From Lama glama (lineage: Eukaryota): 64,000 bases of DNA. Shown in pieces: positions 11,830 to 23,510 of this stretch. The stretch spans positions 58,220,001 to 58,284,000 of the forward strand of contig CM052816.1 of NCBI GenBank assembly GCA_028534125.1. The letters are read 5' to 3'. A program made the position numbers and the translations under genes. The first letter of the stretch is position 1. The number at the start of each line of letters is the position of its first letter. The notes below the pieces were generated by a model. The model did not search any database and was not told the origin of the DNA. It saw only the letters and a program-made list of their open reading frames with translations.

Positions 11830-12397
11830 CATAGAAAAAGGGAAAAAAATTTTTTCCCTCTACTCCCTTAGGTTTAGTGCCTGGAGCCCTACAGATTAGA
11901 CTGACAAAAAACAGATTAATGGGAGAAAAGTTTATTGTTACATATGCACATGGAGGACTTCACAGAAAAGCAAAAAACTAAAAAAAAACAAAAACAAAAA
12001 ACAACAGATAGGCCTGAGAGCTGATATACCTTTTTAACAAAGAATGATAAATTGTGGAGACATGACAAGACAAAGGTTAAAGGGGTTTGGTCTGGGGTAG
12101 CAAACTGGGGGAAAGTGACTAGGAAATATATGGGCGACACTGGAAGAGAAAGTTTATTTTAACAAGGTTTGTTTGCAGACCCATATCAGTGCCGACTTTC
12201 TGTCTTCTTCCTGGCAATAAAACCCTGGGAGAGGGGATTTACGACAGTCCTCATTTCTCAGGAATTTCTGCTTTTAGTCAGATACGGAAAGATCTGAGAA
12301 GGTTTCTTTCTGCATCTGTTGTTTCTTACTTGCCTCAAGCCCAAAATAATCATGCCAAAGTGGCATATTTTGGGGAGGAATATTCTAATCCCCTTCA
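11830..12397 (-). mobile_element. ERV1 solo LTR (MER34-like)
   Basis: Minus strand begins TGAAGGGGATTAGAATATTCCTCCCCAAAATATGCCACTTTGGCAT. AATAAA (TTTATT on +) at 11931-11936. Related to the LTR at 54990-55535. Confidence 0.85.
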
Positions 12398-13197
12398 AAT
12401 CCATGCTGTCTTTCTTTGAATACAATTTAGCAAATATTTAGAGTGTCTACAAGATGCACATTCTTTTCTTCATTTCTTTAATCAACTAGATGCTACAAAC
12501 TCTCCTCATGTATCCTCTGGTGCTTCTCAATACATCCTATGAGGAAGTTCTTTATAAAGTTTAATTTTCATACTTCCTATTGCAGTGCAAGCCCACCCTC
12601 CCTTATTTTGTCTTGAAGGAAAGCAGAACAGATGCTTCTTCTTTTTTTTTTTTTAACATGGTTGACTATTGATGACCGCGTGTGCGTGTGCACGTGCATG
12701 TGTGAGTATGATATTTCTAACTACAGAGAGAAATGATTTTTCCATCAGTAATTTGGCAGGGACCTGCCATTTGGCAGATAATCTCCAGCTTCTTTACATA
12801 TTCAGATTGCTTCAGTTGCATTGTCAACTGTCACAGTCAAAATGGAAGATTTTAGTGTGACATTTATACCACCACCACCACTCTAGTAATCCTCCTCGGA
12901 GATTCATAAAAGTGCCAACGACATGCTTGACTTATGAATAAACAATTTCTACTCCTCATGGTCAGCAACCATGGTCCAAACTGACAAAAGTGAAAAAATT
13001 TAATGCAACATCCAAGTTTTGAGTAATGAAGACGTAAAGGAATCTCAGAGAAACAATTTGTCTGTGAAAAAGTCTTCCAGGAATTAGCAGAATTAATTTT
13101 ATCAGAAGCAGCAGCAAACCTGGCTTTGTGGGCAGATGCATTATGTTAAAACAGGATGCATTTTTGAACTTCTTTATTTTAAAGTTAGAGACATTTA

Positions 13198-14350
13198 TAC
13201 CAAGGCAATAGAAACAAAAACAAAAATAAACAAATGGGACCTAATTAAACTTCTAAGCTCTTGCACAGCAAAGGAAACTATAAATAAAATGAAATGACAA
13301 CCTACAGAATTGGAGAAAATATTTGCAAATGATATGACTGACAAGGGCTTAATTTCTAGAATATATAAACAGCTCATACAACTCATTAACAAAAAAAAAA
13401 TAAATAAACAACCTAATTTAAAGATGGGTAGAACACCTAAAGAGACATTTTTTCTCCAATGAAGACATAAAGATGACTAATAGGCACATGAAAAAAAATG
13501 CTCAATATCGTTATTAGACAAATGCAAATCAAAACTACAATGAGGTATCAACTCACACCAGTCAGAATGGCCATCATTCAAAAGTCCACAAATGATAAAT
13601 GATGGAGAGGGTGTGGAGAAAAGGAAACCCCCCTACACTTTGGTGGGAATGTAATTTGGTGCAACCACTATGGAAAACAGTATGGAGATTCCTTAAAAAA
13701 CTAAAAATAGACTTAGGATATGAGCCAGCAACCCCACTCCTGGGTATATATTCAGAAGAATCTCTAATTCAAAAAGATACATGCACCCCAATGTTCACAG
13801 TGGCACTATTTACAATAGCCAAGACATGGAAGCAACCTAAGTGTCCATCAATAGATGACTGGATAAAGAAGACATGGTATACATATACAATGAAATACTA
13901 CTCATTCATAAAAAAGAATAAAATAATGCCATTTGCAGCAACATGGATGGACCTGGATATTGTCATACTAAGTGAAGTAAGCCAGAAAAAGAAAGAAAAA
14001 TATCATATGATGTCACTTATAATATGGAATCTTGAAAAATGACACAAATGAACTTACTTACAAAACAGAAACAGACTCATAGACATAGAAAACAAACTTG
14101 TGATTATCGGGGGTGAGAGGAAGGGGGTGTGGAGAGATAAATTGGGAGTTCAGGATTTGCAGATACTCACTACTATACACAAAATAGATAAACAACAAAG
14201 TCCCACTATATACCACAGGGAAATATACCCAATATCTTATAATGACCTATAATGAAAAAGAATACAGAATATATATATCTGAATCACTATGCTGTACTCT
14301 AGAAATTAACACAACACTGTAAACTGACTATATGTCAATTTAAAAAATAG
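13198..14350 (+). mobile_element. 5'-truncated cetartiodactyl-type L1 (ORF2 C-terminus plus 3'UTR)
   Basis: ORF 13599-14042 encodes the L1 ORF2 C-terminus ([20 protein letters not shown]...CTPMFTVALFTIAKTWKQPKCPS...FAATWMDL). TSD TTAGAGA(C/T)ATTTA at 13185-13197 and 14488-14500. Confidence 0.95.
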
Positions 14351-14358
14351 CAACATTT

Positions 14359-14482
14359 GGGGGGAGGTTATAGCTCAGTGGTAAAGTGTATGCCTAGCAT
14401 GTACGAGGCCCTGGGTTCAATCCCCAGTACTGCCATTAATTAATCAATCAATCAATCAATCTGATTACGACCCCCAAAAAAA
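14359..14482 (+). mobile_element. Camelid-type tRNA-derived SINE inserted in the L1 A-tail
   Basis: GGGGGGAGGTTATAGCTCAGTGGTAAAGTGTATGCCTAGCATGTACGAGGCCCTGGGTTCAATCCCCAG head (tRNA-Ala-like A/B boxes) and (AATC)n tail. Flanked by A-rich...AACATT repeats. Confidence 0.9.
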
Positions 14483-14959
14483 TAACATTAGAGATATTTA
14501 AAAGGGGGAAACATTACCTTAATGACTCTGATTTTTTAAAACTGCTTAAATTGTTTACTTAATTACCTACTTCTATAAAGGCTTCTGAAGGACTCGCTAA
14601 ATATAATTTCTGACAGCTCTGCACCATTTACTGTAGCTATTCACTAAGTACCACCACCAGTTTCAAGTCTCTTTCAAAACGCAAGTATATCATGGAAGGT
14701 TTCCCAGACCAAGAACACATTCATTTCAAATACCCAAACGTAAGCCAGGATGGGGTTTTTCAGGTGTCATGGCACTAAAGTACTAAAGTGAACCCTTTGG
14801 AACACATGGAAGCAGAAACACAGCTATTCTCTAAGCCAAGAGACCAGTGCTACAGGTCAGTATTTATCTTCAGGGGACCAGATAAACTAAATTCAGTCAG
14901 GTTTTAATTTTTTCACTCCCTCCACAACCAGGACTATGACCATTGTGTACTATAATATT

Positions 14960-15094
14960 TGTTCTCAAACTGCATGAACATCGGCATTACCTGAAGAACT
15001 ACTAACACATCTCAAATTGTTAGACTAAGAGTTTGCATTTTGAGAGGAAGTTCATCTAGTAATTTTGATGATCAACCAGGTTTGGGAACCATTG
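14960..15094 (+). mobile_element. MER5-like hAT-Charlie relic
   Basis: Terminal GTTCTCAAACT ... GGTTTGGGAACCATTG inverted ends. Confidence 0.55.
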
Positions 15095-15339
15095 GTCAAG
15101 ACCAGGGAGTTCCTAAACAGAATTGAGACCTGGGTCAAGGGAGACATGGGGACCAGCAAGGTTGTCTCAAGGAGTTACGAAGGAGTGAGAGAGATGGGTA
15201 GGGGGAGGCAAGAGTTGGCTGAAAAGGAAAGGCAGAAAGCCAGTCTTGGCCCAGGTCTCAGTTTAGGAACTGCTCAGCCTAGGAGCAGGCTCAGTGCTTA
15301 TGGGGATGAATCCACCCACATAGATTCACAGTCTATGGC

Positions 15340-15580
15340 TCTGTGTGGTGTGGGCAGAGCATGTACTCTGGTGTCAGACAGACTGGCTGTGAACCCAGCT
15401 CTGCCACTGGCAAGCTGTGGGACCTCGGGCAAGTTACATAACCTCTCTATGTCTCAGTTTCCTTATTTCTAGAACAGGGATAATACAGTAGCTACCTCAT
15501 AGGAAATATGAAAGGATTAAAAGAGCTTTTAGTGCTTAGCACAGTGCCTGGTTCCTAGTACTCAGAGGCTACTGTTATTT
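15340..15580 (+). mobile_element. MIR
   Basis: Core AACCCAGCTCTGCCACT..AGCTGTGGGACCTCGGGCAAGTTACATAACCTCTCTATGTCTCAGTTTCCTTATTT, then GCTTAGCACAGTGCCTGG. Confidence 0.9.
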
Positions 15581-18121
15581 CTCCCCATTGTGACCAATGT
15601 CCCCAGCTGTCGATATTAAGGCTGGATGTATGTGTATATAAACTACTTTTAAAGACTAACGAATGTGTGTGGATGGTCACATGCATGGCCTGGACTTCAC
15701 AAACACCTCCCCCTAATCCATATGTGAAGCAGGTAGATCAAAGTTTGAAAACTGCAGTATTGCCCACATGGCCATTCAGAGATTCCTGAAACATGAGTTT
15801 AAAGTTACCAATAAGCAGGCTGTATATCTCCAGCACTTAGTAATCAACACCAGAAAGTAACCAGGAAAGCTTTGTTTTACTTACTTTCATGTTTGAGGAT
15901 TTTATTTGTGTTTTGTTTTGTTTTTCAGAAAGGGAAGGGAAGGAGGTGGGAGGTGGGGGAGGAGGGAGACAGGAGAGATCAACTATTCATTGACAGACAA
16001 CAGGCTTTTCCCAAGAAAGCTATGATGACCAGGGAAGCAGCAAGATAAATGCCCAGATTCCATTTCTGCCTCATTCCTCCTGAGTCTCAGTCCCCTGGGA
16101 AGAGTTTAGGCCTTGGGCCAACCTGAGCTACAAGCCAGGCTCACTCAGGACTATTTATAGTGCGAGGCTGTTGGGCAGATCTCTCCCAAAGTGGATATTT
16201 CCAGCTCTTCCTAATTCAAAACAGCTCTTAACAGCTCTGGACCATAACAGTGCAAATTTAAGTGCTTTTACATGTCAATACCTTGGGTCTTACTGGATGC
16301 ATGGATTAAAACAATATTAGTCATCCTAGTTTGCCCAGTGAGTGAAATAAATTAATCAGTAGTAGCCATGCACTGTTCTCCTTTGTATTGTAAGAGAAAA
16401 ATCTAGCTCTTGTTGTCATGGATTTTGTCTCTCCTATTCCTTGGAAAGATAAAACCTAACTGTAACAATGGCTTCAGCTGCACTTGTTTTAAGCAGGTTC
16501 ATTCCTCTTCCCCCTTAATATTCTGAGATGCAGTGTGTCCTCTCTCCAATTTAGATGGCATTATGAATTATGGATACACCATCCACTATGAGGCCCACCA
16601 GTCACTGATATTGAACAGTTCTGATGAAGTACTACAGCCAGCTTAAACTGTTTTTGAGAGACTCAGATTATTGATAAAACAGCTCCAACTGCCAAAGGCA
16701 GCCCCAGGTAAGAAGTATGTCTTTATTTGGTGAGAAAGTAGGAGTTTGGTAAGGTAGCCTCATATTATCACCAAAAATAAAGAGGGAATTGGAAGCAGAA
16801 AGCAAATGGGACCAAGAATGGGAGGCCCTTAAATCCTATTTCTTGGGATTTAGCTTGCCCTAGAATAAATGGGAGAGGGGTGGCATAGAATGAGAGTTGC
16901 CCTCATTTTTCCCCTCTTGACTTCATAATATAAAAATATGCATTAATATCAACTTCGGTGGGTAACTAGTCATCCAATTGACAGCAAAATGAATTTCTGA
17001 AGAGTAAGATGTTATATTGAAGAACAACTTTTCGAAAGAGTGACCTAGAATCTCCTGGGGCTTTAAACTCTTCTTTGTTATAGTATCAGATGTTGCCACA
17101 GTGTTGGACTACACCAAATACTTGCTATTTTCTTAGTTTTTCTAGAATTTCAGTGTAAACTTGAGACCCAGAACCTGAGGACAGAAGTCTGCTGAATCAT
17201 GAAGCCCTTAGATTTTTTTTTCCCTCATTTTTTCCCTTTCCAATCACAAAACTGATAAAGGTTCAATACAGAACACTTATAAAACATAAAAATTACCATG
17301 GAAAAAACTGCCCATTATTGCACTTCCAGAGGTAACTGTTGTTAATGTTAATATGTCCTTCTAGTCTTTTCTCTTTGCACATATATATGTATATGTGCAC
17401 ATTTTTTACAAAACTGATGATATACTACAAACTTATTTTATACATTACTTTTGTCACTTAGCAAATTATTGTAAACATTTTTCTGAGATGGTAACTTTGA
17501 TTTTTAATGGTTGTATAGTTTTCTTATCACAATCACATGGCTGTACCACAACTTAATAAACCAACTGCATTTGTATATTAGGTTGCTTCACTTCTATAAA
17601 AATTCTATGAGGGGCATTTTTTGCATATATATTTGGCTATAACTGCTGATTTCTTCAGGATGGATTCTGTAAGGCATAGTTTTAAAGCTTTTAGTCACAG
17701 TATTAAAATTAGCTTCAGAAATGATGCAGCTGTTAACCCTCTCCCAATTAGGTACTGAAAGTGCCTGTTTTGCCAACACCTTCACCATCATTGGATATTA
17801 TAATTTTTAAGTGATAATTTTTTGATGTAATACCAAAAAGAAGAAAAATGGAAATAGCATCTTATGGCTTTCACTTCCATTTCTTGATTCTTAAACACAT
17901 TTTCTTGTATGTACTATTAATATTTTTTCCTTTGTGACTTGTTCATTTGTGCTATTCATCATTTTTATACTGAATTCTTTATACCTTTCCCATAAATTTG
18001 TAAAAGCTCTTCTTTTTAAAATAAAATCATTGTTTTGTCTATCATTTATTTTATAAATATATTTCCCAAATTTCCATTTTGTCCATGATGTTTTATGACA
18101 CCAGCAGTTTTTTGTGTATTA

Positions 18122-18185
18122 GTTTATTTTCTGTATATATATATATATTTTTTATTGAAGTATAATCAGTTTACAATGTTCTGTC
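18122..18185 (-). mobile_element. Ultra-short L1 3' tail (antisense)
   Basis: TTTTTTATTGAAGTATAATCAGTTTACAATGTT is the reverse of a cetartiodactyl L1 end. Flanked by TTTTTGT(G/A)TATTA repeats at about 18109-18121 and 18186-18198. Confidence 0.65.
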
Positions 18186-18348
18186 TTTTTGTATATTAAA
18201 TCTATTATTCTGGTCTGTCCTTTCTTTTCCATGGTACACAGTTCTTTCCCTTCTCCACCCCAACATGATGTAATATTTATATCATTTTATTTTTCTTACG
18301 GTTTTGTTTCCATGCTTAATTTTTTACCAGTTAAGAATTTATTTTGGA

Positions 18349-18395
18349 ACTAACACAATGTTGTAAATCAACTATACTTCAATAAAAAAATTTTT
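18349..18395 (+). mobile_element. Ultra-short L1 3' tail
   Basis: ACTAACACAATGTTGTAAATCAACTATACTTCAATAAAAAAA with a perfect 18-bp TSD TTAAGAATTTATTTTGGA at 18331-18348 and 18396-18413. Confidence 0.9.
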
Positions 18396-19231
18396 TTAAG
18401 AATTTATTTTGGAGTAAGTCATGAGTTAGGGAAGCTAACTTGATTTTTTCGCAGGTGATTAGCCAGCTGCTGACAAGTCACCTACAGGATAATCTACCTT
18501 TTCCTCTCAAATATGAAATGGGAGATTTGTTACACGTGAACTTTGAAATATACGCATAAGATCTATTTACAGACTTTTAGAGCCTATTTTTTTCTTTTTA
18601 TTTACCTACAGTTAAAATATTTAAAAATTTTAACTTTATAGATATGTTTTGACATCTGGTGGTGATAGATATCCCATTATTCTTATTTTAACACATGTTT
18701 TTACTATTCCCATTGCTTATTCTCCCAAACAAATTGGAGAATCATTTTTAAAATAGTCAAAAAATAATTGGAAAAAAATTAGAATTTGATTGGAATTGTG
18801 TAATCAATTTATACTTAATTTGGGAAGAATTGACATCTCTACAATAGCTGGAATTATCACCCAGAAACACAGGTCCCTATTTTTCTAGCTGCTTTTAAGG
18901 ATTTTCAGCTTCCTTTACATAAGTACTGTGACCTCTGTAAGGATCTACTCCCTAATTTTTTCATATTTTGAATGGTTGTTTTGAATGTTTAAAAAAAAAC
19001 TATTGATTTGGACCATTTTACTATGCTCTCTCGTTAATTCTGAGAAATTTTTCATTGGTATTCTTGGATTTTTCCTTGTGGTCGAATTTATAACCCATAA
19101 ATAATAGTAATTTTGTCTCTTTTTCTCCAATATTTGATCTCACTCAATTTTTTGTCTAATTGTTTCTTATCATTTCCAGAATGATGCTGAACAAAAACGG
19201 TTAGCATTCTCATGAGTTTTTTTTTACTTTA

Positions 19232-19462
19232 ATAAGAATGATAATAGCAAATATTCTGTAAAGGCTTATGATATGTAAGACACTGTTCTAAGCAATATAC
19301 ATGTTAACCCATGATTGAATCCAACCAACAGCCCAAAGGTAAGTACTATTTTATTCCCATTTTACAGGGAGAAAAACTGAGACACAGAGACATCAAGTAA
19401 TTTGCCCAAGGGTATATACTACAAGAAACTAGCAGAACCAAAATCTGAATCCAGGCATTCTG
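19232..19462 (-). mobile_element. MIR
   Basis: CCCATTTTACAGGGAGAAAAACTGAGACACAGAGA...AAGTAATTTGCCCAAGG core. Confidence 0.85.
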
Positions 19463-20171
19463 ATGAGTGGGGTTGTGATGACCTACAATGTGCCATAGTA
19501 TAACATTTAATAGACTCTCTCTTGCCATGAACTTGGATAGGATATAGGATGAAGGGGCTCTACTGGCCTCCGGAGTACCTCTAGCATCTCATAGCCAAAA
19601 GAGGACAGTCACCACTGGATTTTCTAGTGTCAGTGAGGATGATGAGATTCCAGAAGAGTAGAGGCTAGGCAATAGAACTTAGACATCAGAGGCAAGCATG
19701 GGCCATCATTATCTTTATGGAGACAAGGTCACAGTGGCAGCCAGGGCTGCCATGGTGTTCCCGAGGACAAGACAGATGGCCAGACAACAAGTGTACTGAA
19801 CTTTCATTCAATTTCCAGACCTGAGCCAATTCTCAGAAGATCTAGAACCAATCAATCAAAGGAGTGGCTGGGTCCCCTTGTGGGGAACTCTGTAATGCCA
19901 CAGCTAGTGTTCACAGAGTGATTCCACCATAACATCCCGTACGGTTGACACTAACATTTAGGGACCCAAAATATCATCAGGGCCCCATGTCATGGAAGGG
20001 GCATAGGAGGCCAGGTGATAATTGGGGTCTGGGGTCAAGTCTACCTTATAGTACCAGTGTATTTGTAGACATTTCTTGTGGTCATTTCCCTAGTTTCTGA
20101 GTGCATAATCTAGATGAATATTCATTGGTGGGCTCTCATATTGGTGACCTGACCTCTGGAATAAGTGTCCC

Positions 20172-20819
20172 CTGCTAGTTATTAAGCTGTTGTTGCTCAA
20201 CTTCAACCCTAATCCGCTTCCTATGTCATGTTCTATGATACTGGGTCTGGGCCTCTGCAAATTACATTTCTGCTTTGCCAGTTGGCTCTATATTCAACTC
20301 TACCAAGAGGGGATGCTAGCAGGATAAGGAGACTTGTACTTCCTATTTGCTTCATGTTCCTATCAGCATCACCTTAGTCTCATTCCTCACCCTGGCGTGG
20401 GCAGTTTGTTGCAGTTATAGCAACTGAATCCAGTTTGTGGTTTTTCCATCACTTGCAGGACTAGCCTCATAGTGGTCCTCAGAACATCAGCTGGTCAGGC
20501 ATGCTCAGAGTTCTGACCCACAGCCCCATGAGCCCTTCCTTTGAGCTCAGAGCCATCAGCACCGGCTGAGAAGTGGCCTCTTTCAAAGATCTGAGTTTCA
20601 GCTCCTATTTCAAGCTTCTAAGTAACTAATTCCAACTTCCTCCCCTTGCTTGCCTGGCCATAAGAATGGTAGCTGCTACCTGCAGTTTCTGGGATATCTT
20701 AATGTTCTCTCTTTGCCTTTCCAGTTTTTCAGTAACTACTTAATCATTCTTCACATTAAATTCTCTTTATAAAATAAGTTGTTTAGTATCCATCTCCTGA
20801 CTGGACCTCAACTGATACA
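20172..20819 (+). mobile_element. ERVL-class solo LTR (MER74-like) nested in the ERV-L interior
   Basis: CTGGGCCTCTGCAAATTACATTTCTGCTTTGCCAGTTGGCTC, ATTAAA poly(A) signal near 20755, ends CTCCTGACTGGACCTCAACTGATACA. Confidence 0.7.
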
Positions 20820-21685
20820 CTGTGATACACTGTGGGAAAAACAGATGAAAACCCTGAAATTGTTCCCGTCTACAAGACAGAAGCAATGCTCCATTATTAG
20901 GCAAAATGGCAGAGATCAGGCCTACCCTCACAGACCCTCAAAGACTTCAGGAGGCTAGGAATGGTAGCCATCATATTCCCATTTAGTTTCCTGATCTGTG
21001 CCCTAGAAAAAGCCAATAGGATCATGTTGCTGGTGGTAGACTACCATAAACTTAACCAAGCCCTAACCCCAAGCACAGCTGCTACTCCAGATGCTATATC
21101 TTTATTTACTACAACAGATCCACATGGCCTCTGGCACTTGGTATAAGGCTACTGAATTGGAAAATGTGTTCTTTTCAACCGCCACTAGAGAGGAGGATCA
21201 AAAGCAGTTGCTGTCACTAGGAACAGACAGAAACATACTTTCATTGCCATGTCCTCAGGGCTATGTTAACCTCTCTGCTCTATGTCACAAAAGAACTTAA
21301 CAGGATCTTGATCACGTGAGCACTCTGTACAAGTCTGGGTGTTTCACTATACCTATAACGTCATTTAATCATGCCTGGGGAGGAGGATGTGCTAAGTACT
21401 TTGGATGCAACGTTCAGGCATATGTGGATCGGAAAGATGAGACGAACCTTATAAACATTCAAGGGCTTTGCCTTGATCAGTAAAGTTTTCAGGGATCCAG
21501 TGGTCTGGGACCTGCCAGGTCACTCCAAGGAGGAGCAAATTAATGTACTTTGCACCTCCTACCACTCACAAAGTGGCACACTACTTGGTAGAACTTTTCA
21601 AATTTTGCAGATTGTATCCCTCACACTCTGGATACTGCTCCAACCCATTTATTACTGAGTCAGAAGGCTGTCAGCTTTGAGTGGG

Positions 21686-22086
21686 TGTTACGGGCTGCAA
21701 TGTGTCCCCCCAAATTGATATATAGAAGCCCTAACTTCCAGGACTTCAGAATATGACTGTATTTGCAGATAGGGCCTTTAAAAGGGAGTTGGAGTGAGAT
21801 CACTAGGGGGGGCTCTAATGCAATCTGAATGATGTCCTTATAAAAAGAGGAAATTTGAACATACAGAGACACCAAGGGTGCATACATACACAGGGGAAAG
21901 GCTGTGTGAGGACACAGCAAAAAGGCGGCCATTAGCAAGACGAGGAAAGAGACCCGAGAAGAAACTAAACTTGCCAATACCTTGATCTAGACTTCTTGCC
22001 TCCAGAACTATGAGACAATAAATTTCTGTTGCTTTAGCCACTCAGCCTGTGGTATTTGGTTATAGCAGCCCAAGCAAATGAATACA
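21686..22086 (+). mobile_element. MaLR solo LTR (MLT1A/B-like) nested in ERV-L pol
   Basis: TGTTACGGGCTG...AATACA termini, AATAAA near 22017. Perfect 5-bp TSD GTGGG at 21681-21685 and 22087-22091. Confidence 0.92.
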
Positions 22087-22706
22087 GTGGGCCTGGAGCA
22101 AGAGAGAACTCTGCAGCTGGTCCAGGTGTGGTACAAGCAGCCCAAGTGCTTAGGCTTTATGAGCAGAGGATCCTATGGTGCTCAAGTCTATAGAATCTTT
22201 GACAAGCCTCAATAGGAGTATCACAACACAGACACCCCAGAGGGCCGTGCCATCCGCAGCATACAGAGCTATTTACTACTCAGAAAGCAGCTGCTGAATG
22301 CTTCTGGGCCCATGGGATGACTGAGCACCTGAACATGGGACATCAAGGGACTGTGTAACCAGAACTGCCTTTTATGAGTTGGGTATTATGAGACCCACTA
22401 GGTCACAAGGGTTGCACAGAAGAAATCCATCATAACCTGGGACTTAGACCTCTCAGAGATGAAGGTTTGGGTTACTCCACCAGGCAAGCAACCTAAACAT
22501 GCAGAAATGCTGGTGGAGGAGGGGGGGCCTCTACAAAGAGTGGAAGAGAAGGGAAATGATGGATGAACATCTTGGGACAAACTGTAGAAGCAGACAGTGA
22601 GACCTCAGCCACCAATCTTTCTGTTGTAGGTTCTTTTTCTTTATCTTTGTGACCATGAAGAATCAGTGACGGGGCACAGGGATTGTGAGTGGTACAAAGT
22701 CTGGAC

Positions 22707-23158
22707 TGTAGTAGGTGCTGTCGATGACCCGTCCAGACCTCCTCATCCTTGGCACATCAGAGCACATCAACCATCTACCTGTTAGCATCCAGATTTTTTT
22801 GCCTAGGGCTTTTCTCTGGCCTACAGAGAAACTCTGCTCCTGTACACAGCACCCAGATATACTAGGGAAATTACACCATGCCCCCAGGAGCCACCTTTAA
22901 CTAATAACTGATAAGAAAGTGTGCAAAAATATCCCAACTCCCTCATCTCTTAGGTGGGATGACTCTGTGTTCCTTACAGAGATTAAACACCAGACACCTG
23001 CAGTGCTAACTTGCTTGATAAGAACTTTTATTTACTGCCGTCTCTTTCCTGTGTCACTAACTCCCCTAACACACTTTCCTATGATCATTTCCAAAGTAAA
23101 TATTTTGCTTTATTCTCTCAATGTTGGCTTTTGGAGGACCTCAAACTAAAATAAGACA
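22707..23158 (+). mobile_element. 3' LTR of the ERV-L provirus (LTR16-like)
   Basis: Follows a degenerate PPT (...CTGGAC|TGTAG). Starts TGTAGTAGGTGCTGTCGATGACCCGTCCAGACC, ends GGAGGACCTCAAACTAAAATAAGACA. Confidence 0.7.
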
Positions 23159-23412
23159 ACACACCTATCAAAATATAGACAACCTCTAATCAACAGCACA
23201 TTCCTAATTCCTTCTCATTGTTGTCCAGGATTGCTTTCTCTTATGTGTGCAGAAAAACAGGACAGTGAGCTGGGAAAGTGATAGGAAAAGAGTACTTTGG
23301 GCATTTAATGGATCAACACCAGCAAGGTCAGGGAACTACACTATTTTCTGACGGGTACAATCCCTGGGTCTCTGTCTAAGGCAGTAGAGAATATATTGTC
23401 TCCTTATACATA

Positions 23413-23510
23413 CACACACACACAAAATTTTAATGGAGGTACTGAGAATTAAACCTAGGACCTTGTGCATGCTAAGCATGTGCCCTACCACTGAGCTATT
23501 TCCCTCCCCG
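23413..23510 (-). mobile_element. Camelid-type tRNA-derived SINE
   Basis: TTAATGGAGGTACTGAGAATTAAACCTAGGACCTTGTGCATGCTAAGCATGTGCCCTACCACTGAGCTAT. TSD CTCCTTATA at 23400-23408 and 23511-23519. Confidence 0.9.

Larger units (their letters stand above)
17240..19230 (-). mobile_element. Old L1 (L1ME-like) 3' region
   Basis: T-rich strand with L1 antisense hallmarks (TTTGATTGGAATTGTG.AATC..TTTATACTTAATTTGGGAAGAATTGACATCT.TACAATA). Confidence 0.75.
19600..22706 (+). mobile_element. Decayed ERV-L internal region (gag end, protease, RT, RNase H; ERV3-16A3-like)
   Basis: RT peptides VVDYHKLNQALTPSTAATPDAISL (ORF 20961) and GTWYKATELENVFFS...QKQL...PQGYVNLSALCH (ORF 21091) match the HERV-L/MuERV-L RT motifs DYRKLNQ, GTWYAAIDLANAFFS and PQGYINSPALCH. 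ERV-L-like sequence continues across the MLT1 insertion. Many stops and frameshifts. Confidence 0.9.

Noticed and set aside
13599..14042. 147-aa ORF as a host gene
   Set aside because: It is the C-terminus of L1 ORF2 in a 5'-truncated copy with no promoter.
14359..14435. tRNA gene
   Set aside because: A/B boxes are present, but it has a SINE tail and TSD and lacks a proper acceptor stem. It is a SINE head.
15932..15967. G-tract cluster (possible G-quadruplex) after a strong acceptor-like site
   Set aside because: It needs an 8-nt loop, such purine tracts are common, and I found no matching donor or functional context.
20298..20320. CTCF-like motif in the MER74-like LTR
   Set aside because: The core has decayed to ACCAAGAGGGGATGC and has lost the GGCGC.
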